Below are positions 20,293-30,580 of a DNA stretch of 64,000 bases, piece after piece. The notes beneath the pieces are model-generated. The model had not been told where the DNA came from, did not search any database, and saw nothing but the letters and a program-made list of their open reading frames with translations. Location: the NCBI GenBank assembly GCA_965277405.1, contig OZ255726.1, positions 1,280,001 through 1,344,000 of the forward strand. Direction: 5' to 3'. A program made the translations under genes and the position numbers. The DNA comes from Gammaproteobacteria bacterium (GTDB lineage Bacteria; Pseudomonadota; Gammaproteobacteria; G965277405). Positions within the stretch are counted from its first letter, which is position 1; every line of letters starts with the position of its first letter.

Positions 20293-21109
20293 AATCAGTC
20301 CCCATATAGGCAACCTTGACACGCTCGTCGTTGCTGACCGTGGCATAGTTGCCAGCGGCTAGGATTTTGCCGCGTTGTAAAACGGTAATATGATCGCAAA
20401 GATCCGCCACAACTTTGAGATTATGCTCAACCATCAGCACTGCACGTGTTTTGGCGACATCGCGGATCAGTGCGGCAACCATGCTGACATCCTCGCTGCC
20501 CATCCCCGACATCGGTTCGTCAAGCAACAAAACTTTGGGGTCAAGCGACAAGGTGGTGGCAATTTCAAGGGCGCGCTTGCGCCCATAGGAAAGGTCGGCA
20601 GCGTTGCTATTGCATTCGTTTTCCAGCCCAACAGACGTCAGAAGTTCCATCGCACGCTCATTCAAAACATCGAGTTTACCAAGCGGTTGCCAGAATTGTA
20701 CGGCAAGATTGCCTAAGCGTTGTAGCGCAACACGAACATTTTCCAAAACGCTCAGATGCGGAAAGACTGCCGAAATCTGGAACGACCGTACCATCCCCAT
20801 CCGTGCCACGCGCGCAGGCGCCATCTTGGTGATGTCTTGGTCCAACAAGGTAATGGTACCACTGGTCGGTTGTAGGAATTTTGTCAGCAGATTGAAAACG
20901 GTCGTTTTCCCAGCGCCATTTGGACCGATCAACGCGTGTATTTTGGCATCTTCAACGTCAAGATCAACATTGTCAACCGCGGTAAAACTGCCAAAATCAC
21001 GCCGCAGACCGCGGGCGGCAAGAACCACCCGAGATTTTTTGCTGTGTTGTGAACTGTGTTGTGAGCTGTGTTGTGAATTACCGAGAATTTCAGTATGTGC
21101 GGCAGCCAT
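20285..21109 (-). CDS. ABC ATP-binding protein (LivG-like)
   Basis: GPNGAGKTT, VRSFQIS, LSYGRKRALE, LLDEP..G, AYMG. The N-terminus carries an (SQHS)x3 repeat. Confidence 0.92.
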   Translation of the reverse strand: MAAAHTEILGNSQHSSQHSSQHSKKSRVVLAARGLRRDFGSFTAVDNVDLDVEDAKIHALIGPNGAGKTTVFNLLTKFLQPTSGTITLLDQDITKMAPARVARMGMVRSFQISAVFPHLSVLENVRVALQRLGNLAVQFWQPLGKLDVLNERAMELLTSVGLENECNSNAADLSYGRKRALEIATTLSLDPKVLLLDEPMSGMGSEDVSMVAALIRDVAKTRAVLMVEHNLKVVADLCDHITVLQRGKILAAGNYATVSNDERVKVAYMGTDYD

Positions 21110-21116
21110 CAAGACT

Positions 21117-22331
21117 TTATTTTGCAACCAAAGGGCAACCGCTGTCGGCAGGATTGATAAATGCTTGGTCTCCAGGAATAGTATCGAGAACGTTGTAATA
21201 GTCCCAATCGCCCTGCATCTCGCTTGGCTTTTTGACTTCCATCAGATACATGTCATGGATCATGATACCATTGGCACCGACTTTGCCGTTCTTAGCAAAC
21301 AGATCGTTGACCGGCATTGCATGCAGCACCTTGGCAACCGCTTTGGTGTCGTCAGTACCAGCTTTCTTGATTGCCTTGAGGTATTGCAGCACGGCGGAAT
21401 ACGTACCTGCGTGAATCATGTTTGGCATACGCCCGGTACGCGCAAAAAAACGCTTGCCAAAGGCACGGCTCTCGTCGTTGCGATCCCAATAAAACGCTTC
21501 GGTCAACGATAGACCCTGTGCTGCTTCTGCACCAAGACCATGTACTTCGGCAATGGTGATAAGTAGTGCAGCAAGGCGCTGGCCGCTTTGAACAATGCCA
21601 AATTCTGCGGCCTGTTTGATGGCGTTGGCGGTGTCGAGTCCAGCATTCGCCAGACCGATGACCTTGGCACCCGATGCCTGTGCCTGCAACAGGAACGACG
21701 AATAGTCACTTGTTGACAGCGGATGGCGCACCGAACCAAGGACCTTGCCGCCGTTATCCTTGACAAAATTGCTTGTCTGCTCCTCAAGCGAATAGCCAAA
21801 GGCGTAGTCGGCAGTCAGGAAAAACCACGTGTCACCACCATCTTTTACCAACGCACCGCCAGTACCAACCGCAAGGGAGTGGGTGTCAAAGGCCCAATGG
21901 AAGCCATACGGTGAGCACTGTTTACCTGTTAGCACCGTGGTAGCTGGACCAGTAGCGATGTTGATCTTTTCCTTGTCCATAGAAATGCCCTGAACGGCCA
22001 ACGCCACCGAGGATGACGTTAATTCCATGATCGAATCAACATGGTCGCGATCATACCATTGCCGCGCGATATTGGCGGCAACGTCTGCTTTACTCTGATG
22101 GTCGGCGGTGATAACTTCGACTGGCTTGCCCAAAACGCTGCCACCAAAATCCTCGACCGCCATTTTGGCGGCTTCATAGGACCATGTGCCGCCGAAGTCG
22201 GCATACACGCCAGACTGGTCGTTCAAGATGCCAATTTTGACAACATTGTCGGAAATTTGTGCTTGTGCTTGCTGGGATGCAGCCGCAACTGCTGCCATCA
22301 TTATCATACACGTAATTGCAATTTTTTTCAT
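21117..22331 (-). CDS. ABC substrate-binding protein, LivJ/K-type fold (copy A)
   Basis: Signal peptide, VKIGILNDQSGVYAD, ADHQSKADVA, TWFFLTADY.FG, DYSSFLLQAQASGA. SD GGGGGA. Confidence 0.92.
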   Translation of the reverse strand: MKKIAITCMIMMAAVAAASQQAQAQISDNVVKIGILNDQSGVYADFGGTWSYEAAKMAVEDFGGSVLGKPVEVITADHQSKADVAANIARQWYDRDHVDSIMELTSSSVALAVQGISMDKEKINIATGPATTVLTGKQCSPYGFHWAFDTHSLAVGTGGALVKDGGDTWFFLTADYAFGYSLEEQTSNFVKDNGGKVLGSVRHPLSTSDYSSFLLQAQASGAKVIGLANAGLDTANAIKQAAEFGIVQSGQRLAALLITIAEVHGLGAEAAQGLSLTEAFYWDRNDESRAFGKRFFARTGRMPNMIHAGTYSAVLQYLKAIKKAGTDDTKAVAKVLHAMPVNDLFAKNGKVGANGIMIHDMYLMEVKKPSEMQGDWDYYNVLDTIPGDQAFINPADSGCPLVAK

Positions 22332-22432
22332 TGAGGTTCCCCCTTGATAGACATGTGTAGTTTGGTGCTGATATGCCACACCGATGAATTTTGTTACTCT
22401 TTATCCTCCATTTTAAGCGTCGGATTGCATCC

Positions 22433-22810
22433 TTAGCTTTGCAGTATAACTTGAGAACTGCCACCAGCAAATACATTAGTGGCTTTTGTCTTGTAAAAAT
22501 CTTTGCACCTAATCCGTGCCACGCGCGCAGGCGCCATCTTGGTAATGTCTTGGTCCAACAAGGTAATGGTACCACTGGTCGGTGGCAGGAATTTTGTCAG
22601 CAGATTGAAAACTGTCGTTTTCCCAGCGCCATTTGGACCGATCAACGCGTGTATTTTGGCATCTTCAACGTCAAGTTCAACATTGTCAACCGCGGTAAAA
22701 CTGCCAAAATCACGCCGCAGGCCGCGGGCGGCAAGAACCACCCGAGATTTTTTGCTGTGTTGTGAACTGTGTTGTGTATTACCGAGAATTTCAGTATGTG
22801 CGGCAGCCAT
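22433..22810 (-). pseudogene. Truncated duplicate of the LivG-like ATPase
   Basis: Matches the intact gene up to ..APARVAR, then reads across the duplication junction at 22512 and stops. No signature motif or Walker B. Confidence 0.9.
22443..22470 (-). promoter_or_regulatory. Putative sigma70 promoter for binding protein A
   Basis: TTGCTG-N16-TATACT on the minus strand, identical in the duplicate at 24156-24183. Confidence 0.45.
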
Positions 22811-22817
22811 CAAGACT

Positions 22818-24026
22818 TTATTTTGCAACCAAAGAGCAACCGCTGTCGGCAGGATTGATAAATGCTTTGTCTCCTGGAATAGTATCGAGAACGTTGTAAT
22901 AGTCCCAATCGCCCTTCATCTCGCTCGGCTTTTTGACTTCCATCAGATACATGTCATAGATCATGCGTCCATTGGCACCGACCTTGCCGTTCTTAGCAAA
23001 CAGATCATTGACCGGCATTGCATGCAGCGCCTTGGCAACGGCTTTGGTGTCGTCAGTACCAACTTTCTTGATTGCTTTAAGGTATTGCAGCACGGCGGAA
23101 TACGTACCTGCATGGTTAGTGTTGGGCATACGCCCGGTACGCGCAAAAAAGCGCTTGCCAAAGGCACGACTCTCGTCGTTGCGATCCCAATAAAACCCTT
23201 CGGTCAACGATAGACCTTGTGCCGCTTTCGCTCCCAGACCATGTACTTCGGCAATGCTGAAAAGTAGTGCAGCAAGGCGCTGGCCGCTTTGAACAATGCC
23301 AAATTCTGCGGCCTGTTTGATGGCGTTGGTGGTGTCGAGTCCAGCATTCGCCAGACCGATGACCTTGGCACCCGATGCCTGTGCCTGCAGCAGGAACGAT
23401 GAAAAGTCGGTTGTGGACAGCGGATGGCGCACTGCACCCAGGACCTTGCCGCCGTTATTCTTGACAAAATTGCTTGTCTGCTCCTCAAGCGAATAACCAA
23501 AGGTGTAGTCGGCGGTGAGGAAAAACCACGTGTCGCCACCATCTGTTACCAGCGCGCCGCCAGTACCAACCGCAAGGGCGTGGGTGTCATAGGCCCAATG
23601 GAAGCCATACGGTGAGCACTGTTCACCTGTTATAACCGTGCTACCCGCACCGGTAACGATGTTGATCTTTTCCTTGTCCTTAGAAATACCCTGGACGGCC
23701 AACGCCACCGAGGATGTCGTTAATTCCATGATCGAATCAACATGGTCGCGATCATACCATTGCCGCGCGATATTGGCGGCAACGTCTGCTTTACTCTGAT
23801 GGTCGGCGGTGATAACTTCGACTGGCTTGCCCAAAACGCTGCCACCAAAATCCTCGACCGCCATTTTGGCAGCTTCATAGGACCATGTGCCGCCGAAGTC
23901 GGCATACACGCCAGACTGGTCGTTCAAGATGCCGATTTTGACAACATTGTCGGAAATTTGTGCTTGTAGGGATGCAGCCGTAGCTGCTGCCATCATTACC
24001 ATACACGTAATTGCAATTTTTTTCAT
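22818..24026 (-). CDS. ABC substrate-binding protein, LivJ/K-type fold (copy B)
   Basis: Intact paralog of 21117-22331 with about 30 substitutions in the mature protein (counted by eye). Confidence 0.92.
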   Translation of the reverse strand: MKKIAITCMVMMAAATAASLQAQISDNVVKIGILNDQSGVYADFGGTWSYEAAKMAVEDFGGSVLGKPVEVITADHQSKADVAANIARQWYDRDHVDSIMELTTSSVALAVQGISKDKEKINIVTGAGSTVITGEQCSPYGFHWAYDTHALAVGTGGALVTDGGDTWFFLTADYTFGYSLEEQTSNFVKNNGGKVLGAVRHPLSTTDFSSFLLQAQASGAKVIGLANAGLDTTNAIKQAAEFGIVQSGQRLAALLFSIAEVHGLGAKAAQGLSLTEGFYWDRNDESRAFGKRFFARTGRMPNTNHAGTYSAVLQYLKAIKKVGTDDTKAVAKALHAMPVNDLFAKNGKVGANGRMIYDMYLMEVKKPSEMKGDWDYYNVLDTIPGDKAFINPADSGCSLVAK

Positions 24027-24155
24027 TGAGGTTCCCCCTTGATAGATATGTGTTGTTTGGTGCTGATATACCGCACCGATGAATTTTAGTTACTCTTTAT
24101 CCTCCATTTTAAGCGGCGGATTGCATCCAGCGTCGGATTGAATCCTTGGATTTGC

Positions 24156-24183
24156 AGTATAACTTGAGAACTGCCACCAGCAA
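24156..24183 (-). promoter_or_regulatory. Putative sigma70 promoter for binding protein B
   Basis: TTGCTG-N16-TATACT on the minus strand. Confidence 0.45.
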
Positions 24184-24314
24184 ATACATTCGTGGCTTTT
24201 GTATTGTAAAAATCTTTGCACCTAGCTTTGCACCTATAGCTTTGCAGCTAAATGTATACAGTTATAGCTACAGATTATATGGTGTTAGCATGGCAACAGA
24301 TATTAACGCATACA

Positions 24315-24923
24315 ATGGATGTATTGAATAGTTTAGCAAACAAGCCCATAGCCATTATCCAGCAAGATGGCATTGTTGAATATTACGGTGTTTTCTTAGA
24401 CGCATTGGTGGGAGAAAAATACCTATCCTGCTTCTTAGACGCCATTTGCTGGCAGTCTGATCATGTTGTTATTTTTGGAAAAAACATCTATACCAAACGT
24501 CAAGTTGCTTGGTATGGAGATGAGCCATTTTCATACACATATTCAAATACGACAAAATCTGCATTATATTGGACAAAGGAGCTGCTAGTACTCAAAGCAA
24601 TGGTTGAACGCGCAACAAATGAAACGTTCAATTCCTGTCTACTCAATTTATATCATGCTGGAAGCGAAGGAATGGGGTGGCATAGTGACAATGAGAAAGC
24701 ATTACAACGAAATGCTGCCATTGCTTCGTTGAGTCTTGGCGCAGAGCGAAAATTTTGTTTCAAGCACAAACGAAGCAAGCAAACTGTTGCTCTTGTCTTA
24801 CAGCACGGTAGTTTGTTGATAATGAAGGGTGAAACACAAAGCAACTGGCTGCACCGCCTACCAACAACAACACGGGTTCAGACTGCTCGGGTGAACCTTA
24901 CTTTTAGAACAATGGCGACTTAA
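24315..24923 (+). CDS. AlkB-family 2OG-Fe(II) dioxygenase (ALKBH2/3-like)
   Basis: RQVAWYG, FNSCLLNLY, MGWHSDNE (HxD), IASLSLGA.R.F, WLH, RVNLTFR. Confidence 0.9.
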   Translation: MDVLNSLANKPIAIIQQDGIVEYYGVFLDALVGEKYLSCFLDAICWQSDHVVIFGKNIYTKRQVAWYGDEPFSYTYSNTTKSALYWTKELLVLKAMVERATNETFNSCLLNLYHAGSEGMGWHSDNEKALQRNAAIASLSLGAERKFCFKHKRSKQTVALVLQHGSLLIMKGETQSNWLHRLPTTTRVQTARVNLTFRTMAT

Positions 24924-25223
24924 TCAGCGGTTTCCTTGTTGGTTTTGCTGCGCAGCTGCGCGCTCATGAAGCTTTAATGACGCTTGCAGCGGTCGATATA
25001 TTTCAACCCGATCGAGGTGATGTAATTCTGTTGCAAGTGTACAAATCTTCCCCCAGATACCAATTGCGTTTTGCTGTATTTCAGGAAAATACAAATACAC
25101 TTCACTCGCGCTAAGCGCTTGCGCTACGGTGGACCCTCTGTCAATTTCTAGCGTTTTTTCAAAATGATAATCAACAAGTGCATACAGCACTGTGATTGTT
25201 ATCTGCGCGTTATTGGTGTGCAT
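24924..25223 (-). CDS. ratB: RnfH/RatB-family protein
   Basis: GIWGK...DRVEIYRPL. Directly follows the RatA-like gene. Confidence 0.8.
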   Translation of the reverse strand: MHTNNAQITITVLYALVDYHFEKTLEIDRGSTVAQALSASEVYLYFPEIQQNAIGIWGKICTLATELHHLDRVEIYRPLQASLKLHERAAAQQNQQGNR

Positions 25224-25225
25224 TG

Positions 25226-25642
25226 CTATTGCTGGCGTTGCAAACTATCAAAAATATTATCAAAAACAGCATCGAACATTATATCAAACGCTTTGCCGAG
25301 CAATTTGTTCGTGAATTGATATTGCGCTGCAAAAGCAACATCCGTGGTCATAGCATCGACTGCCTTAAACTCCCAGACTGCCGAAAAAGCAGAAAAAGGA
25401 CCTTTGACTAGATTCATAGTTATTGATGTAGGTTGTATTCTGGTGTTCTGCGTTCGAATAGTGTAACTGACTAGCCCTTTGCCCAGCTTAAGTTGCGCGT
25501 CGACCATTGCATCTGTGCGCCGAATAACTTCAACGTGCTGGCAATAGGTGATTATTGAGGGATAGTCCTCAACGTTATCAACCAAGTCGAATACCTTTGC
25601 TTGCGCTAGCCGCATGATTTTGCGTTTATGCAGGGTTGTCAT
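25226..25642 (-). CDS. ratA: RatA/PasT (COQ10, START-domain) protein
   Basis: FDLVDNVEDYP, MNLVKGPFS....WEF. Paired with ratB. Confidence 0.8.
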   Translation of the reverse strand: MTTLHKRKIMRLAQAKVFDLVDNVEDYPSIITYCQHVEVIRRTDAMVDAQLKLGKGLVSYTIRTQNTRIQPTSITMNLVKGPFSAFSAVWEFKAVDAMTTDVAFAAQYQFTNKLLGKAFDIMFDAVFDNIFDSLQRQQ

Positions 25643-25650
25643 CGCTGTAC

Positions 25651-27495
25651 CTACAGCAAGCTATCAATCGCTGCGACATCACGAACACCGCCTTTATCTG
25701 CACTGCTGGCAAAAGCGGCATATGCTTTCAATGCGGTCGATATTTTGCGTTGTCGTAATGCAGCCGGCTTCCAGCCTTTCACATCTTGTGCTTGACGCCG
25801 CTGTGCAAGTTGTTGTTCGTCAATGTCGAGTCGCAGTAAGCGTTGCGCAATGTCAATTGTAATGCTATCACCATCTTCAATTAACCCAATAGCACCACCA
25901 CTTGCAGCTTCTGGCGAAATATGCCCAATCGAAAGCCCGCTAGTGCCGCCTGAAAATCGACCATCAGTAATCAAGGCACACGCTGCACCTAGCCCTTTAG
26001 ATTTTAGATAACTCGTTGGATACAGCATTTCCTGCATCCCTGGGCCGCCTTTTGGGCCTTCATAGCGAATGACAACAACGTCACCAACCGTAATTTTATC
26101 GTCAAGAATGGCTGTCACCGCAGCATCTTGGCTTTCAAAAACTTGTGCTTTTCCTTGGAAAAAGTGAAGCGATGAATCAACTCCAGCTGTTTTTAGCACA
26201 CAGCCATCTTCTGCAATATTTCCGTACAATACGGCAAGACCGCCCTCTGTACTATAAGCATTTTGCAGGTTGCGAATGCAGCCGTTTTTGCGGTCGATAT
26301 CGAGCGTTGGCCAGCGAGTATCTTGGCTAAACGCCTGCTGTGTTGGAATTCCTGCTGGCCCTGCACGAAAAAACTTTGCGAGTTTCTCGTCGCAATTTAC
26401 GGTTATGTCCCATTGTGCTAGCGCTGTTGCCATATTTTTTGCGTGGACGAGCGAAACATCCGTGTGGAGCAACCCCGCACGATCCAATTCACCAAGTAAT
26501 GCAAAAATACCACCAGCACGGTGTACATCTTCCACATGGTATTGCGGGACATTTGGTGCAACTTTACACAGTTGCGGGACAACGTGTGACAATCTATTAA
26601 TATCTTCCATAGTGAAGTCTACTGCGGCTTCTTGCGCAATCGCCAACAAATGCAGAATTGTGTTGGTTGACCCTCCCATGGCGATATCGAGCGTCATCGC
26701 ATTTTCAAAGGCCTTTTTACTTGCTATTGATCGCGGTAATACCGACGTATCATCTTGTTCATAATAGCGTCTAGTGATTGTCACAATAGTGTTCGCCGCC
26801 CGCAAAAATAATTGTTCTCTATCAGCATGGGTGGCTAAAGTCGTCCCATTGCCTGGTAATGCTAAGCCAATGGCCTCGGCCAGGCAGTTCATCGAATTTG
26901 CGGTAAACATCCCCGAACAACTCCCGCATGTTGGACATGCAGAGCGTTCATATTCTGCTACTTTTTCATGACTGGCGTTGCTATTTGCTGCGATAACCAT
27001 CGCATCAACAAGGTCAAGCCGATGCTCTGCTAGTTTTGTTTTACCAGCTTCCATCGGGCCGCCAGACACAAAAATGGCTGGAATGTTCAGTCGTGCCGCA
27101 GCCATCAGCATCCCTGGGGTTATTTTATCGCAATTAGAAATACACACTAGCGCATCGGCACAGTGGGCGTTGACCATATATTCCACGGCATCTGCAATCA
27201 GTTCACGACTCGGTAAGCTGTATAACATGCCGTCATGTCCCATGGCGATGCCATCGTCAACAGCAATTGTGTTGAATTCTTTTGCGACACCACCAGCACG
27301 CTCAATTTCTCTGGCAACTAGTTGTCCCATATTGTGCAGATGGACGTGACCTGGGACAAATTGGGTGAATGAGTTGGCTATGGCAATAATAGGTTTATCG
27401 AAGTCGCCATCTTGCATTCCTGTGGCACGCCAGAGTGCGCGCGCACCTGCCATGTTGCGACCTTGAGTTGTGGTATGCGATCGATACTGTGGCAT
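25651..27495 (-). CDS. ilvD: Dihydroxy-acid dehydratase
   Basis: [61 protein letters not shown]. Start trimmed to ATG 27495. Confidence 0.97.
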   Translation of the reverse strand: MPQYRSHTTTQGRNMAGARALWRATGMQDGDFDKPIIAIANSFTQFVPGHVHLHNMGQLVAREIERAGGVAKEFNTIAVDDGIAMGHDGMLYSLPSRELIADAVEYMVNAHCADALVCISNCDKITPGMLMAAARLNIPAIFVSGGPMEAGKTKLAEHRLDLVDAMVIAANSNASHEKVAEYERSACPTCGSCSGMFTANSMNCLAEAIGLALPGNGTTLATHADREQLFLRAANTIVTITRRYYEQDDTSVLPRSIASKKAFENAMTLDIAMGGSTNTILHLLAIAQEAAVDFTMEDINRLSHVVPQLCKVAPNVPQYHVEDVHRAGGIFALLGELDRAGLLHTDVSLVHAKNMATALAQWDITVNCDEKLAKFFRAGPAGIPTQQAFSQDTRWPTLDIDRKNGCIRNLQNAYSTEGGLAVLYGNIAEDGCVLKTAGVDSSLHFFQGKAQVFESQDAAVTAILDDKITVGDVVVIRYEGPKGGPGMQEMLYPTSYLKSKGLGAACALITDGRFSGGTSGLSIGHISPEAASGGAIGLIEDGDSITIDIAQRLLRLDIDEQQLAQRRQAQDVKGWKPAALRQRKISTALKAYAAFASSADKGGVRDVAAIDSLL

Positions 27496-27503
27496 AAAAG
27501 TAG

Positions 27504-28400
27504 TTAATTTGAAAAGGAAACTGGTCTGCGTTGGCACCAAGCAATATAGCTGACAACCAGTATAATAATGGTTGCACCAATTGCTTGATACAAGGTAAAT
27601 GGCACTGAAAATAATATCAACGCCATGATAACCGCAAACAGCGGCTCCAATGCAAACAATCCAATTGTTCGTGTTACCCCAAGTCTGGCAATAGCTTGAC
27701 TGTTCGCCCAAAGAGCAAATACCGTATTAAATAGTGCAATAGACACATACCACTTCCAATACGCCAAGATAACCACTTGGTCAAGTTGAAAAAATATAAT
27801 ATACAGCAATGTCACTGCTGCAACTGGGCGTAACATCCACGCGACTAAAACCAATTTTGGCAGTTCTTTTGGCACAAAGCGGTATAGAGCATAAAACCAG
27901 CCAATACTGAATCCTGCTAACAAACCGCAAATAACCCCAAACGTATCTAGCGCAATCTCGCCGCCCCAAAATAGCATTGCTACCCCTACCAACATCGTCA
28001 ACATTGCCAGTAATACCCGCTTTTGAAAGGCTTCTTTAAAGACGATGACATTCAAGACATAACCGATAGCAGGAAATGTATAAAACAAGCAAATGGCAAT
28101 AATTGGGGTGACGTTTGCAAGCGATAAATACAGAAAAGTATTCCCGCAAAAAAAGCATACCCCTAGCATTGAAATCCAAAAGCGTGCGCGTATTGGTATT
28201 TTTGGTCGCGGGGTTCTGCAAGATAAAATCTCTGCAAAAATGTAGGCCAACAGCGTACGCATGCCAATCAACGTGGTTGCAAATATGCCATGCTGGATTG
28301 CTACCGTTGCCACAATGCCGCTTGAGGCAAAACTAAATATTGCCGCTATCGCCCAAACAACACCGACTGAAACAATTGTTTGTTGGCTATTGCTGCCCAT
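27504..28400 (-). CDS. EamA/DMT-family transporter
   Basis: About 10 TM helices in two repeats (FYTFP; [14 protein letters not shown]). ATG overlaps the folE2 stop (TAATG). Confidence 0.8.
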   Translation of the reverse strand: MGSNSQQTIVSVGVVWAIAAIFSFASSGIVATVAIQHGIFATTLIGMRTLLAYIFAEILSCRTPRPKIPIRARFWISMLGVCFFCGNTFLYLSLANVTPIIAICLFYTFPAIGYVLNVIVFKEAFQKRVLLAMLTMLVGVAMLFWGGEIALDTFGVICGLLAGFSIGWFYALYRFVPKELPKLVLVAWMLRPVAAVTLLYIIFFQLDQVVILAYWKWYVSIALFNTVFALWANSQAIARLGVTRTIGLFALEPLFAVIMALILFSVPFTLYQAIGATIIILVVSYIAWCQRRPVSFSN

Positions 28401-29344
28401 TATAGTTCGGCTCGGTAGCCATTCACGACACCCTTTGAGGCAATTGCAACTGCATCGTGTTCGTGGAGGCTTTCTAAATGATCGACGCGCAACCAATAAT
28501 CTTCGATATAGTGTTGCTCATTCAGTGCCAGTTTAATCCGCCGCGCTGCGTCTTCACAAAACATGGTGTTCAGTGCATTGATCCGCGCAAATTCTTGTTC
28601 ATCTTCACGTTTTACAGCTGTTTGCACGCGGGTTTGTAATGATTGTTCAATACAATCAATCACGGCAACAATCGGCCAATCCGCATCCATACTGGTGCGA
28701 ATTTTAATATGTGCGTAGCTGCGTTGGCTATGCGGTGTAGCTGCTAATTGATCTTCTGTGCGCATCCATGCAATCACTTGCTGTGGGTCAACCATGGTAG
28801 CTGTGCCAAATGTAGCTGCAAATGAATCGGCAATTAATTGTTGTGATAATGCCGTTGAACATGGACAGGTTGATGAATAAGCTACTTTGACAGATATGTC
28901 GCATTGGCCGCCTGCAGGGCCGTCAGTCAAGTTGATAGTAACAGGATACGAGCGCCAGCCTGCGTTACCAGACAGCAATGATGGCTGCTTAATAGGTAAT
29001 AGAAATGCGATAGAAATGCGAGCTGTATCAGATATTTCTGCATGCGATATAATACATTTTTTAAGCAGCTGCTTTCCTTTTGCCGCGCTTAAAGTCGCCA
29101 GCTCTTCAGTGTGTAAGTACAAGCGTGACATATGAATGCCACGCGTATTCGCCACGGTTAAATTAACGAACACTTGCAATGTTGCCTGTACCGCAAATGT
29201 TGTTGATTGTTCTATAATATTCATAGGTTGGCGAATATTTGCCATGCCAACCCAATCAAGCATGCTCGAGTGTTGTATGGTTGACACAGCTATATCTGGA
29301 AGCTGGTCAGTTGGATGGTGTAATGTCTGTGCTGGTGGTTTCAT
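28400..29344 (-). CDS. folE2: GTP cyclohydrolase I type 2
   Basis: LDWVGM, RGIHMSRLY, YSSTCPCS, ATPHSQRS, VKREDEQ, MFCEDAAR, HLESLH.HDA. Confidence 0.93.
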   Translation of the reverse strand: MKPPAQTLHHPTDQLPDIAVSTIQHSSMLDWVGMANIRQPMNIIEQSTTFAVQATLQVFVNLTVANTRGIHMSRLYLHTEELATLSAAKGKQLLKKCIISHAEISDTARISIAFLLPIKQPSLLSGNAGWRSYPVTINLTDGPAGGQCDISVKVAYSSTCPCSTALSQQLIADSFAATFGTATMVDPQQVIAWMRTEDQLAATPHSQRSYAHIKIRTSMDADWPIVAVIDCIEQSLQTRVQTAVKREDEQEFARINALNTMFCEDAARRIKLALNEQHYIEDYWLRVDHLESLHEHDAVAIASKGVVNGYRAEL

Positions 29345-29417
29345 ATCGAGAAAAAACAATGCTAAATAGTAATGAATGAATAAGACGGTTGCTAATATCA
29401 AGCGCAAGAGTGAATGA

Positions 29418-29444
29418 CAAATGCTGCAAATGCTGCAAATGCTA
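29418..29444. repeat. (CAAATGCTG)x3 tandem repeat in a divergent promoter region
   Basis: Directly visible. The third unit ends in CTA. Confidence 0.8.
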
Positions 29445-29503
29445 GTAGTAGTTCAACAATCGTAATTCTGAATTGTACGTACAAGGATAGATACTAATTT
29501 TTT

Positions 29504-30571
29504 ATGTTTTTACATTTTCTAAAAAACTGGGCAAATCGCTACTTAGGTAGCGAAGAAACCATTGTCGTTTTCTTGTTATTAGCGGGGGTTTTCGCGCTGA
29601 TTTATTTTTTCTCTGCAACGTTAATGCCAGTGTTAATTGCCTTAATACTCAGCTTTGTGTTAGTGCCATTAACACAAAAAATAGAAAGCTTTGGTGTTTC
29701 GTCAACGCTGGCAGTTAGCATCGTTATGGCACTATTTGTTGGTCTGCTTGCTACAGCATTGGTATTTATAATCCCACTGCTGACCCAACAACTACAAACG
29801 CTATTATTAAATATACCTAGCATTATTGCAGCAGCAAAAGCTTGGACGCTGGCTATACAACAATTATACCCTGTTGTGCCATGGGAGTTGCTGCAGCAAG
29901 GTTTCGAATCATTCCGAGACTCGATCATAAATTTTGGCAAAAGTATCATCAACACTTCATTAAGTTCAATCACATCGATTGCCTCAATATCGATGTACGT
30001 GATTATAGTTCCAATTTTAATGTTTTTTATGCTGCAAGACCGCCATACATTGATTCGGCAAATCAAACATGTGTTACCACCAGAAAACTCTTTGATGATC
30101 GATTTATGGCAGCAGATGCGCAGAATGATTCGCTTATACCTGCAAAACAAACTCGTTGAATTTGTCATCGTTACCGCAGGGACTTGGCTGGTACTGGGGG
30201 CATTTACGTTACAGTATGCATTACTCTTAAGTGTGGTAACCGGCATCGCCGTAATTATTCCATACGTTGGCACACTTATTGCTTTTGTTCCAGTTGTGCT
30301 GGTTGGCTTTGCTCAGTGGGGCGCTAGCGCTACGCTGTTGTATTGCTGTTTTGCATATCTGGCTATTCAAGCCCTTGATGCATATATTGTGGTGCCGCTG
30401 TTATTTTCAGACTCAATGAACTTACGCCCACTCTGGGTATTACTGGCGTTACTATTGTTTAGTAGTATTTGGGGTGTCTGGGGGATTGTGCTGGCGATAC
30501 CTTTGGCAACGCTTATCAAAGTGCTTATTAGCTCATGGCCAGTAGTAAATATCAATTTAGAAAATCAATAG
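29504..30571 (+). CDS. AI-2E family (PerM-like) transporter
   Basis: Multi-TM protein with IVPILMFFMLQD, IIPYVG, IQALDAYIVVPLLFS, WGVWGIVLAIPLA. Confidence 0.88.
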   Translation: MFLHFLKNWANRYLGSEETIVVFLLLAGVFALIYFFSATLMPVLIALILSFVLVPLTQKIESFGVSSTLAVSIVMALFVGLLATALVFIIPLLTQQLQTLLLNIPSIIAAAKAWTLAIQQLYPVVPWELLQQGFESFRDSIINFGKSIINTSLSSITSIASISMYVIIVPILMFFMLQDRHTLIRQIKHVLPPENSLMIDLWQQMRRMIRLYLQNKLVEFVIVTAGTWLVLGAFTLQYALLLSVVTGIAVIIPYVGTLIAFVPVVLVGFAQWGASATLLYCCFAYLAIQALDAYIVVPLLFSDSMNLRPLWVLLALLLFSSIWGVWGIVLAIPLATLIKVLISSWPVVNINLENQ

Positions 30572-30580
30572 GGGAATATT

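Larger units (their letters stand above)
20799..24224. repeat. Tandem direct duplication of a 1713-bp unit (20799-22511 and 22512-24224)
   Basis: Both units start ATCCGTGCCACGCGCGCAGG and end AATCTTTGCACCTA. Each holds the upstream region, a binding-protein gene and the 5' part of the LivG-like gene. Confidence 0.95.

Noticed and set aside
20604-23213. Long plus-strand ORFs (302 aa and 236 aa) and other antisense ORFs such as 29602-30273
   Set aside because: They are shadow frames opposite well-supported genes and show no recognisable motifs.
21117-24026. Diversity-generating retroelement template/variable pair
   Set aside because: No reverse transcriptase in the window, the differences are not adenine-specific, and both copies are whole genes.
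24924-25642. ratA/ratB as a toxin-antitoxin defence locus
   Set aside because: This is a conserved housekeeping pair. RatA/PasT is a COQ10-like respiration factor and there is no mobile context.
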